Assembly: GCA_051382295.1 (NCBI GenBank)
Contig: JBBCAW010000075.1
Coordinates: forward strand, 1-16,992
Direction of reading: 5' to 3'
Length of the DNA: 16,992 nucleotides
From: Bdellovibrionota bacterium FG-1
GTDB lineage: Bacteria; Bdellovibrionota; UBA1018
Under the pieces are notes generated by a model that saw nothing but the letters and a program-made list of their open reading frames with translations, searched no databases and was not told the origin of the DNA. The position numbers were made by a program, and so were the translations under genes. Shown piece by piece: positions 9,293 to 16,973 of this stretch (positions are counted from its first letter, which is position 1; every line of letters starts with the position of its first letter).

Positions 9293-9319
9293 GGCTATCT
9301 CCTTTGTGTGTGAGGGCCG

Positions 9320-9616
9320 GGGGTCGTCCTGGCCCTTCTCGCAAACAGCAGGAAGGGCCAGGCACGACACCAGGGCGCGCGAAGGCCGGAGCCCGGCGCC
9401 GCATCCCGCAGGGGCATGGGACATGACAGCTCCGCTGGCGGGGCACATGCAGCGAAGCCGGATTTAACTCCGGCCGTAGCGCGCACGTCGCCCCGAAACA
9501 CAAAGGGGACGCCAAAATAGGAATCGCGGCAGCCGCGATCGAGAATTCCGTGACCTCTCCGGCAAACGCCCCGCCGCCGAAAATTAACGCATCGCGCACG
9601 TTGAAATCGTGTACGA
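9320..9616. other. Cluster of stem-loops in the intergenic region / 5' leader of the DUF6908-like gene
   Basis: GTCGT-CCTGGCCCTTC (9323-38) pairs with GAAGGGCCAGG-C-ACGAC (9352-68). Other stems: imperfect 9401-9450, GCCGGA-N6-TCCGGC 9457-74, 9486-9511, ATCGCGGC-A-GCCGCGAT 9523-39 and imperfect 9594-9616. Confidence 0.55.
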
Positions 9617-9664
9617 AATTCCGCCAAACTGATGAGCAACGCAACGGTTACGCACCACACCGAA

Positions 9665-9718
9665 TGAGACTATAGTCTCACAACTCACAGAGTCATCAGA
9701 TCCGCGAGTCTCACTCGC
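9665..9718. promoter_or_regulatory. Putative transcription-factor (enhancer-binding protein) sites upstream of the operon
   Basis: Perfect 16-bp palindrome TGAGACTATAGTCTCA (9665-9680). An additional GTCTCA half-site lies at 9708-9713, within the inverted repeat GCGAGT-CTC-ACTCGC (9704-9718). Confidence 0.5.
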
Positions 9719-9817
9719 TGACGACGGTAAACTTTATTATTACCGACAGTTGACTTGCATTGCTGCCCGTTAGATAGATGGGCCAATTGGGGTGAGTAGT
9801 TTCACAGAGGGGGTTTT

Positions 9818-10822
9818 GTGGAGAGGCAACTTTCAAGCGGGCGAACTTTTTTACAAAATGCGCGAGGCGTTCGCGTCTATCTGCTGCCGCGCTCCGGCTT
9901 CGCACTCGCGTTGCTGGCGAATCTGATTTGGGGCACGTCGTTCTTGGCCTCGAAGGTGACGCTCTCAGTCTGGGGTCCCTTCACGGCGTCGGCCCTTCGT
10001 TTCGCGATCGCGATCGTCGGCATGATCGTGGTGCTTCCGGCGCTGGGCCTTCCGATCCAGATCCCCCACTCGCGAACGGCCTGGTGGAAGGTGTTCCTCA
10101 TCGGCCTTTCTGGGTTCGGCCTGCTTTACCCGCTCCAGCTCGGCGGCATGACGTTCATCCCATCCTCGCTTTCGGCGGCGATTATGCTCAGCGCACCGCT
10201 TTTCGTCCTGGTTTTCACGGCAGGCTTTCTAGGCGAAGCGCTGCCGACGCGGAAGATCTTCGCAATTGGCATCGGGATTGTCGGCGGAACAATTCTGGTC
10301 TCTCCGGGCACTTTTGCTGTCGGGAATTGGTCCGCCGTGGCGGTGCCGCAGCTTTTGAAAGGATTTCTGCTCACGCTGGGCGCATCGTTGAGTTTAGCGG
10401 TGTCGGTGATTATCACCCGCTCCGTCACCAAGGACATTGACTCCCGGAGCCTCACTTTCTGGTCCATGTGCATCGGCGAGGCGCTCCTGCTCCCGTTCGC
10501 GCTCGCCGAAAATCACAGCGCTCTCACCCGGCCCGCGCTGGGGATGGGAATCGCGGCCCTCGTGTTTTTGGCGCTGTTTTGCTCGGTATTCGCGTTCCTC
10601 ATCTGGAACCGCGCGCTTGCAGTGGCATCACCCCAGGAGATCGCCTCCACGATGCACGTCAAAACGCCGGTCGCGGTGCTGCTTGGAATCGCGGTGGCCG
10701 GTGAACCGCTGACGGTTTCAATCGCGGCCGGAACGATCCTCGTTTCTTTTGCCGTATGGCTTTCGCAATCGCAGCCCAAGCCCGCCGCCGTGCTCATGCA
10801 CCCCAAAGAGGCAACACTGTGA
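9818..10822 (+). CDS. EamA/DMT-family (drug/metabolite) transporter
   Basis: About 10 hydrophobic segments, IWGTSFLASK...PFTASALRF, SAAIML..PLFV..LGE.L..RK and a repeated second half (FLIWNRAL...GEPLT). GTG start after AGAGGGGG. Confidence 0.9.
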   Translation: MERQLSSGRTFLQNARGVRVYLLPRSGFALALLANLIWGTSFLASKVTLSVWGPFTASALRFAIAIVGMIVVLPALGLPIQIPHSRTAWWKVFLIGLSGFGLLYPLQLGGMTFIPSSLSAAIMLSAPLFVLVFTAGFLGEALPTRKIFAIGIGIVGGTILVSPGTFAVGNWSAVAVPQLLKGFLLTLGASLSLAVSVIITRSVTKDIDSRSLTFWSMCIGEALLLPFALAENHSALTRPALGMGIAALVFLALFCSVFAFLIWNRALAVASPQEIASTMHVKTPVAVLLGIAVAGEPLTVSIAAGTILVSFAVWLSQSQPKPAAVLMHPKEATL

Positions 10823-11559
10823 ACGCATATCGCGCCTTTGAACCCGACCTCATTGTCGAAGCCACCTCAGTTTGTGATCGGCAGTGCTCGGGCTGCTACG
10901 CGCCCAATGTGATTTCGCGCGAAAACCCGCTTAAACTGTTGGCGGATCGACCGGACCTTTTTCTCGCGCCAGCGCGCCTTGAAGAAGCGCTCAGGACGTT
11001 GTCATCTTCACCGGACATGACCTTGCAGACGATTGGCATTCGTGGGGGCGAGCCCACGCGCCACCCGGCAATCGCTGAGATTCTTCGCGGCTTGAAGCGG
11101 CACTCAACAGCAGCACTCTTCCTCGAAACGCACGGGCGCTGGATCATGGATAAATGTGGTGATGAATGTGGTGAGCGCGCTGCCCTGCTTGCGGTGCTAC
11201 TGGAAACCGGAACCACCGTCAAATTGTCGTTTGATCGGATGCACGGACTTTCAGCGGGCGCACTCCAGATTATCACTCGCACTTTGGCTGCTCACGGGAT
11301 TCAATTCTGCATCGCGATCACCGAACCCGACGACGCGAGTTTTACCACTGCTCGCGAGTCTTGCGCGTGGATCGCGGATGATCGCATTATTTTTCAGAGG
11401 AAGGCCGACGCGAAGGATAGCCTTGTGCGGCCAAAGTACGCGGTCATTCGGACCGACGGACGTATTTTTAGCGAAGTCTCGACGCGTCCTGAGTTTAAGA
11501 CCGTTGGCACCATCGCACCATTATCATTTTCCGCTATTTCGACAGGAGCCTGTTCATGA
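10819..11559 (+). CDS. Radical SAM superfamily protein (short, 246 aa, no SPASM/twitch domain seen)
   Basis: CxxxCxxC motif CDRQCSGC followed by Y, GGE motif IRGGEPTRHP, LETHG and LSFDRMH. GTG at 10819 follows RBS AAAGAGG and overlaps the EamA stop (GTGA). Confidence 0.85.
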   Translation: MNAYRAFEPDLIVEATSVCDRQCSGCYAPNVISRENPLKLLADRPDLFLAPARLEEALRTLSSSPDMTLQTIGIRGGEPTRHPAIAEILRGLKRHSTAALFLETHGRWIMDKCGDECGERAALLAVLLETGTTVKLSFDRMHGLSAGALQIITRTLAAHGIQFCIAITEPDDASFTTARESCAWIADDRIIFQRKADAKDSLVRPKYAVIRTDGRIFSEVSTRPEFKTVGTIAPLSFSAISTGACS

Positions 11560-12737
11560 AGCGATTGCTTGAAATACTGGGCGCGGGCATTTTTATGCTG
11601 GCGATGGCGCCCGCTTCTTTCGGCTCTGGCGGCGCCATAAAGTCAGTACCCATTGGCCTGGCCTCAAATTTCTCAGAACCCAGCCCCAGTTCATCCAACC
11701 CCTATGGTGATTATTTCCGAAGTGGTGTGGGCCTGGCGCTCAGCGATTCCGACTCCCGGTTGACCCGGCGCGGGCTCAAGATCGAGCTACAAGAATTCGA
11801 CTACGGGAACACTCAAATCCGCGCCCTGGACGCCGCGAAGAAAGCAGCAGCCTCTACGGTGATTGGCGTTCTTGGCTATAATTTGTCCTCCAACGCGCTT
11901 CTCGCCGCGCCCGTGCATCAAGAAGCAAAACTGCCCATGCTGACGCCGAGCGCGTCGGCTGATCGGCTTGGACGGATGGGACCTTTCGTTCATTCCGCCA
12001 GCTTTGACAACAGCTTCATGGGGCGCTCCTTGGCCCGAGTTGCGAGCGAACGACTCCACGCCAAAAGCGTCGCCATAGTAGTCGCCGTTGACTGCGCCTA
12101 CTGCCAGGACCTGGCGCGCGCCTTTGAAGAGAAATTCCGCGCCCTCGGCGGTTCGGTGCCAGTACGGTCTGAAGTTCTTGAAGGTGATACGGATTTTTCC
12201 CAAACGATTACCGCTCTCAAGAAAGCGGACTTCGATGTTGTTCTTGTGCCCAACCAGGGCTTCAGCCCACCGAGAATCATCGCCTCACTCCTCAAGGCGG
12301 GAATTCACAAACCTTGTCTGGGTGGCGATGGCTGGGGCGACGCCGGAAGCGACTTCTTCGCGCTCCTCGATAACCAAGACCTCAAGGGCTTTTCAGTTTC
12401 CCACTGGCATCCCGATGTTGCGCGCCCTCGCTCAAAGCGATTTGTAAAAGCCTTTGCCGCGCGATTCGGAAAGCAGCCCAACGACACGGCCGTTCTCGCC
12501 TACGATGCAACCCTTCTAATGGTGGAGGCGATCCTTTCCGCGAAAGAGCTGACGCGGCAAGGACTGGAAAACTCGCTCAGCGCAATCCATCATTTTGAGG
12601 GAGTGACCGGAGATTTTAGTTTTCGCAGCGGGGCCGCGCCCGCCAAGAGTCTCGTTCTTCTGACCGCTGATAATGAAAAGAAGAATTTCAAGCTCGCGGG
12701 AACAATCTCGCCCCAAGGGAAGGAGACATTACGATGA
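11556..12737 (+). CDS. Periplasmic binding protein, type I (LivJ/LivK branched-chain amino acid-like fold)
   Basis: Signal peptide-like N-terminus, PMLTPSAS, GDTDFSQTITALK, LGGDGW, AVLAYDA..L..AI and FEGVTGDFSF. ATGA overlap with the radical SAM gene. Confidence 0.85.
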   Translation: MKRLLEILGAGIFMLAMAPASFGSGGAIKSVPIGLASNFSEPSPSSSNPYGDYFRSGVGLALSDSDSRLTRRGLKIELQEFDYGNTQIRALDAAKKAAASTVIGVLGYNLSSNALLAAPVHQEAKLPMLTPSASADRLGRMGPFVHSASFDNSFMGRSLARVASERLHAKSVAIVVAVDCAYCQDLARAFEEKFRALGGSVPVRSEVLEGDTDFSQTITALKKADFDVVLVPNQGFSPPRIIASLLKAGIHKPCLGGDGWGDAGSDFFALLDNQDLKGFSVSHWHPDVARPRSKRFVKAFAARFGKQPNDTAVLAYDATLLMVEAILSAKELTRQGLENSLSAIHHFEGVTGDFSFRSGAAPAKSLVLLTADNEKKNFKLAGTISPQGKETLR

Positions 12738-12847
12738 TTCACTACAAACGCATCACGCTACGCGCTCTTGCAGCTCGGGACCGCGATACCTGCATCATGG
12801 GCCTCCTGCGCCCGGATTTTGAGCAAAAAAGGGCCAAGCCGGTATGA
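12734..12847 (+). CDS. Unannotated 37-aa ORF MIHYKRITLRALAARDRDTCIMGLLRPDFEQKRAKPV; probable internally deleted RimJ/RimL-type GNAT remnant
   Basis: Strong RBS AAGGAGA. It has ATGA overlaps with both the upstream SBP stop (12735-37) and the downstream kinase start (12844). The halves resemble the RimJ/L N-terminus (RIxLRAL..xD) and C-terminus (D..IMGLLRx[DE][FW]). Confidence 0.7.
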   Translation: MIHYKRITLRALAARDRDTCIMGLLRPDFEQKRAKPV

Positions 12848-14331
12848 GCGCATTCTGGAAACTATCCGCTCATGAGGTCACGCTGCGGACAACGCTCAAT
12901 CGGGTCCTTCTCCTTACGCTTGCCTTGGTGACCATTGCGACGATTGGCATTCTTTTCGGCTACGCGGAGATCAAGCAGACCACCGCGATTCGCGAACGCA
13001 TCGACGAACTCGCCAAGGGTACGCCCGCTCAAATAGCGGCGGTTTTGCCCTCATTCCTTGTGCCTGAGCAACGCTTGGGCATGGCAATTATGCTGGAACG
13101 ATTCAAAGCGTCCGATGGCTTGGACGACATCACGGTTCTGCTCCCCGGCAGCCCCTTGCCCGCCGCGCTCTCGGCCTGCACTTTGGGTTCGGCGCCGAGT
13201 GATTGCGTGGAAGTGGGTGGTAAGCGAATCGCCTACGTTGCCCCGGTTCGCGAGGGCGACCATACTTTTGGCTACCTCGTAAAAACGAAAATCTACTCTA
13301 ACCCATTCGCAGGCGATGTGATTCTGCACATGATCGAGTCCGCATCAGTGGTGCTGGTCTTGGTGTTCCTGGGCCTTTTTCTGTTTTCATCACGTCTTAC
13401 GGCCCGAATGATCCCGGATGAGCTTTCCAATCTCGCGACCTGGGTCGAGTCGGTCCTCTCGGATCAAACCTCGGCCAAAGCGCCTCGACTCCGGTTTAAG
13501 GAACTGAATGATCTTGCCGCTCAAATCGCCCAGATTCTGGAGCGCCACGAAAGAGCGCGCGACCAGGCGGTGGTTGGGCAGTTGACCAGCGGGATCATGC
13601 ACGACATCCGAACCCCCATGGCTCCAATTGTTGCAGCTCACCTGCTCGTAGCAGAGCAGACCGAAGGCTCAGAAAAGCGCCTCAAGCGCCTCGAAAACCT
13701 GTTCAGAGCGTGCACGACCAATCTCCCTATTATCGGCAATCTGATTGAATCGGTACTGGATGGAAGCCGCGAGATCAGCGTTGAGTCTCAAGCGCTGGAT
13801 CTTAGAGAAACAATCCGACAGGCGGTCCAGCTCCTTTCGCCCCGCGCACTCAATCGCAGCGTCGAATTAAACGTACACCTCGGTGATACGCCGATTGTGG
13901 TGCCACATGACCCTAACCAGATGACCCGCGTTTTCGCGAACGTCATCCGAAATAGCATTGACGCGATTGTTGATGCCCGCAGCACGGATTCCGAACACCA
14001 GGCGCAGTTCAAGATTACCGTGGACGCCTGTGCAGACGGCGGGGCGCATGTCCGAATGGAAGATTCCGGCCTCGGACTTCCAGCAGATCCGGAAAAGGTG
14101 TTTCGAGTATTCCGCAGTTCCAAACCCCGTGGCAGCGGTCTTGGGCTGATGATTTCGCGTAAGATCGTTGAGGCTCACGGAGGAAAGATGACGGCGGGAC
14201 GCTCCGATTGCCTGGCTGGAGCCCGTTTCGACGTAAACATACCGGCGGCAGCAGGCAGCCTGACGCCCGGTTTAACTCGTGAACTTAAGCAGGACCAAAA
14301 GTCAGAGCGCGCCATGGAGACGACTACATGA
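12844..14331 (+). CDS. Membrane sensor histidine kinase
   Basis: Two TM segments flanking an extracytoplasmic domain, H-box GIMHDIRTPM, N-box FANVIRNSIDAI, G1 EDSGLG, F-box VFRVF and G2 GSGLGLMIS. Confidence 0.92.
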   Translation: MSAFWKLSAHEVTLRTTLNRVLLLTLALVTIATIGILFGYAEIKQTTAIRERIDELAKGTPAQIAAVLPSFLVPEQRLGMAIMLERFKASDGLDDITVLLPGSPLPAALSACTLGSAPSDCVEVGGKRIAYVAPVREGDHTFGYLVKTKIYSNPFAGDVILHMIESASVVLVLVFLGLFLFSSRLTARMIPDELSNLATWVESVLSDQTSAKAPRLRFKELNDLAAQIAQILERHERARDQAVVGQLTSGIMHDIRTPMAPIVAAHLLVAEQTEGSEKRLKRLENLFRACTTNLPIIGNLIESVLDGSREISVESQALDLRETIRQAVQLLSPRALNRSVELNVHLGDTPIVVPHDPNQMTRVFANVIRNSIDAIVDARSTDSEHQAQFKITVDACADGGAHVRMEDSGLGLPADPEKVFRVFRSSKPRGSGLGLMISRKIVEAHGGKMTAGRSDCLAGARFDVNIPAAAGSLTPGLTRELKQDQKSERAMETTT

Positions 14332-15746
14332 TCGAGCAACCAAGAGCGTTACCCAAAATCCTTGTGATCGACGACGACCCGTCGTGGTTGGAGCAGATTC
14401 CCCTCATCCTTGAGGATGAGTGTCTGGTTGAAGGCTATGCCACGATCGACCAAGGGCTTCATGCCATTGCCATGGACTATTACGATGTCCTTCTCCTGGA
14501 TCTCAACTTCGATGGTGAGAGCCGCACCGGGCTCGATGTTTTCAAGAAAATCCAGGCGCTTGACCGGGGCGTGGACGTGATTGTGGTAAGCGCCGAAACA
14601 ATCCCGAGTCGCCTGATCGAGGTATTCAACGCGGGGGTAAGCCATTTTATTCCGAAGCCAGCCACCCCAAACGCCATCCGTGTGGCCGTGAAAAAGACGC
14701 TGGAACAGCGGGAGATTCGTTCGCGCGCGGTGAACCGCGAAATTCAAGGCAGCGAAGGACCAACACTTGTGGGGCGCTCAGCGGCAACGCAACGGTTGCG
14801 CTCTGACATTTGTCGCGTCGTTTCGGCCAAGGTCAACAATGTGCTGATCCTGGGTGAAACGGGAACGGGCAAAGAAGTAGTCGCCCGCATGATCGCCGGA
14901 CGAGCAGATCGTTCCCCGCGTTTTGTGGCCGTTCACTGTGGCGCCATCAACGACGGCCTGGCCGAATCTGAACTCTTTGGCCATGTGAAGGGCGCGTTTA
15001 CCGGCGCCGACGTGCCTCGTGTCGGGGCATTTGAAGCGGCGGGCGGCGGTTACGTTTTTTTGGATGAAATCGGTGAGATGCCGATGGCCCAGCAAGCCAA
15101 GCTTCTGCGCGTGCTTCAGGAGCGAAAAGTTCAGCGGGTGGGCTCAAATGAAGAGCGTCCCTGTAATTTTCGGCTGATCGCCGCAACCAATATTAACCTT
15201 GAGCAAGCGGTAGCAGAGAAAAGATTTCGGGAAGACCTCTACTATCGAATCGCGGGCGAGAAAATCGTGATCACGCCCTTGCGCGAACGAATCGAAGATA
15301 TCCCGGAATTGGTTTACGATACGTTGGCGAAGAAGCCAGCCACCCGCAAAATCAAACTGACCAGCGGCGCAATGGCGCTCCTCCAATCCCACACCTGGGC
15401 GGGCAACGTGCGAGAACTCATCCACATCGTTGAGCGCCTTGCGATTCGTTGCCCCGACAACGTGATCCGCGAGAAGGATGTTTGCCTCGTAGTGCCAGAG
15501 GTCACGTCGATTTTCAATTCGCGCTCCACCAAAGTGCTCGTGGGCCGTTATGGTGCCCAGCTCATCGCAGGCGAGCGTAAGCGCTTTGAGAAGGCCATCA
15601 ACGAAGCCTACGGAAACCGAGAAAAGGCTGCAAAAATCCTCGGCATCTCGCGGCCCACCTTCTTTCGTAAAGCGAAGGAGTTTGGGCTGGTCAGAGAGCG
15701 GATCAAGGATATTGAGCCGCCAGAGGGGCCGGAGGTAACCCAATGA
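14328..15746 (+). CDS. Sigma54-dependent response regulator (NtrC family: REC-AAA+-Fis HTH)
   Basis: Receiver ILVIDDD / LLLDL / FIPKP, Walker [24 protein letters not shown], Walker [17 protein letters not shown], and [18 protein letters not shown]. Confidence 0.95.
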   Translation: MIEQPRALPKILVIDDDPSWLEQIPLILEDECLVEGYATIDQGLHAIAMDYYDVLLLDLNFDGESRTGLDVFKKIQALDRGVDVIVVSAETIPSRLIEVFNAGVSHFIPKPATPNAIRVAVKKTLEQREIRSRAVNREIQGSEGPTLVGRSAATQRLRSDICRVVSAKVNNVLILGETGTGKEVVARMIAGRADRSPRFVAVHCGAINDGLAESELFGHVKGAFTGADVPRVGAFEAAGGGYVFLDEIGEMPMAQQAKLLRVLQERKVQRVGSNEERPCNFRLIAATNINLEQAVAEKRFREDLYYRIAGEKIVITPLRERIEDIPELVYDTLAKKPATRKIKLTSGAMALLQSHTWAGNVRELIHIVERLAIRCPDNVIREKDVCLVVPEVTSIFNSRSTKVLVGRYGAQLIAGERKRFEKAINEAYGNREKAAKILGISRPTFFRKAKEFGLVRERIKDIEPPEGPEVTQ

Positions 15747-16408
15747 TCGGAGGAATGAGTTCCTGTATGCTTCTACTTATGGCAGTTGCGACCAATAAGT
15801 CAGTGATAAAGATCGCACCCCAGCAGCTGACATTGAAGGACGGCGCAAAGGTAAACGTCCGCGCAGCGACCAAGAAGGATGTTGGCGCCGTAACCGATCT
15901 CATCCATCAAGCCTATGGCTACTGGATGGATGAATTTGGCCTAAAACTGACTCCGCAAACCCAGCCCACTGATAAGACCGAAAAACACCTCGTCGGCTTA
16001 GGTTTTGTAGCAACGGATGAATCTGGAAAAGTTGTCGCCACGTTTAGTGTGGACGAAGTAAAGATCACCGAGACTCCAGAGAATATCGACGTAAAGTTCC
16101 GCTTTGCTCGCGACGGAGTGTCCTACACGAAGGCGGAGAACCTCAATACGCCGGTCAATGGGCGCTATTTGGAATTTAAGAAATTTGCGACCGATCCAAG
16201 CCTGGGCAGACAAGGGCTCGGAAAGCAGCTTTATCTCATGGCTGAAAACTACGCCCGCGCCAACGGCTTTGATGGCGTGGAGCTGGAAACAGTCTACGAG
16301 TGCCGCTGGCTCTATGAATGGTACGTGGAGATGGGCTTTCAGGTCATTGGTAAGCACCGGTATCCGAACTCGAAGTTAGACACTTTGATTCTGGTGAAGA
16401 GGTTTTAG
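15743..16408 (+). CDS. GNAT-family N-acetyltransferase
   Basis: VRAATKKD N-terminal strand/helix, acetyl-CoA motif A (FATDPSLGRQGLGKQLY) and C-terminal LYEWYVEMGFQVIG. ATGA overlap with the regulator; the start could alternatively be a downstream Met. Confidence 0.85.
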   Translation: MIGGMSSCMLLLMAVATNKSVIKIAPQQLTLKDGAKVNVRAATKKDVGAVTDLIHQAYGYWMDEFGLKLTPQTQPTDKTEKHLVGLGFVATDESGKVVATFSVDEVKITETPENIDVKFRFARDGVSYTKAENLNTPVNGRYLEFKKFATDPSLGRQGLGKQLYLMAENYARANGFDGVELETVYECRWLYEWYVEMGFQVIGKHRYPNSKLDTLILVKRF

Positions 16409-16411
16409 AGA

Positions 16412-16858
16412 ATGGCTGACGTGAAAACTCGAAAAATGAAACTCAAGAAGGACTTTACGCCCCCGAGCTTCGATGACGGCGACGAGTTTTTTCCAAACGG
16501 CATTTTTGAATTCAACATAACGAAGCTGCTTTCGTTTATCGGTTCTCATCCGAGCGCGTTTCCAGTCGAAAACGTCGAGGTCTCCTCGTTGGTTCGCGGA
16601 GTGCCCGATCACCTGGACGAAAACACTGTTCAACAGGCCAATTTTAGGAACCCAATCGTCCTGGCTGAAATCAGCCCTGGCCGGTTCAACGTGGTCGATG
16701 GCAACCACCGACTTGAAAAGGCGCGACGCGAAGGCGCGGTGAAGATTCCCGCATACAGGGTGGCTGCCGAGCAGCATGTGTCGTTCATGAAGACCGTCAA
16801 GGGATATCGGGCCTACATCGGGTATTGGAATACGAAAGTCAGAGAACTCAATGGTTGA
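16412..16858 (+). CDS. Stand-alone ParB/Sulfiredoxin N-terminal-like domain protein
   Basis: NPIVLAEISPGRFNVVDGNHRLEKAR matches the ParB/Srx PI.V...DG.HR motif. No HTH or dimerisation domain follows. The start could be 16412 or 16436. Confidence 0.7.
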   Translation: MADVKTRKMKLKKDFTPPSFDDGDEFFPNGIFEFNITKLLSFIGSHPSAFPVENVEVSSLVRGVPDHLDENTVQQANFRNPIVLAEISPGRFNVVDGNHRLEKARREGAVKIPAYRVAAEQHVSFMKTVKGYRAYIGYWNTKVRELNG

Positions 16859-16947
16859 GTACCTAAGCGGCCGCCCAACAATAACTTAACAGAACTAGGT
16901 CTTAAAACATCGATTCAGCGAGACACAGAGCAGCCGTTCGCTCCTTC

Positions 16948-16973
16948 AAATATGTCAACTTAATGGCATATTT
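16948..16973. promoter_or_regulatory. Operator-like inverted repeat
   Basis: AAATATGTCA-ACTTAA-TGGCATATTT, 10-bp arms with one mismatch, in AT-rich intergenic DNA. Confidence 0.35.

Noticed and set aside
9213..9660. Overlapping minus-strand ORFs 9213-9644 and 9295-9660, and the 52-aa N-terminal extension of 8873-9448
   Set aside because: They are Pro/Arg/Ala/Cys-rich translations of GC-rich structured DNA. The strong RBS marks 9292 as the true start.
9824..9838. Possible sigma54 promoter AGGCAACTTTCAAGC (GG-N10-GC)
   Set aside because: It is a poor match at the -12 element (AAGC rather than TTGC) and lies inside the EamA CDS if the RBS-supported GTG at 9818 is the start.
9858..9926. 22-aa Cys-containing ORF (MREAFASICCRAPASHSRCWRI) as a RiPP precursor for the radical SAM enzyme
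   Set aside because: It is out of frame within the EamA gene, has no RBS, and the enzyme lacks visible SPASM/RRE features.
15743..15800. Signal peptide on the GNAT protein
   Set aside because: The hydrophobic stretch is short, lacks a basic n-region, and the start codon is ambiguous, so there is not enough support.
16873..16945. Integron attC site after the ParB-like gene (GCCCAAC resembles R'')
   Set aside because: No matching GTTRRRY R' box or extended palindrome is found downstream.
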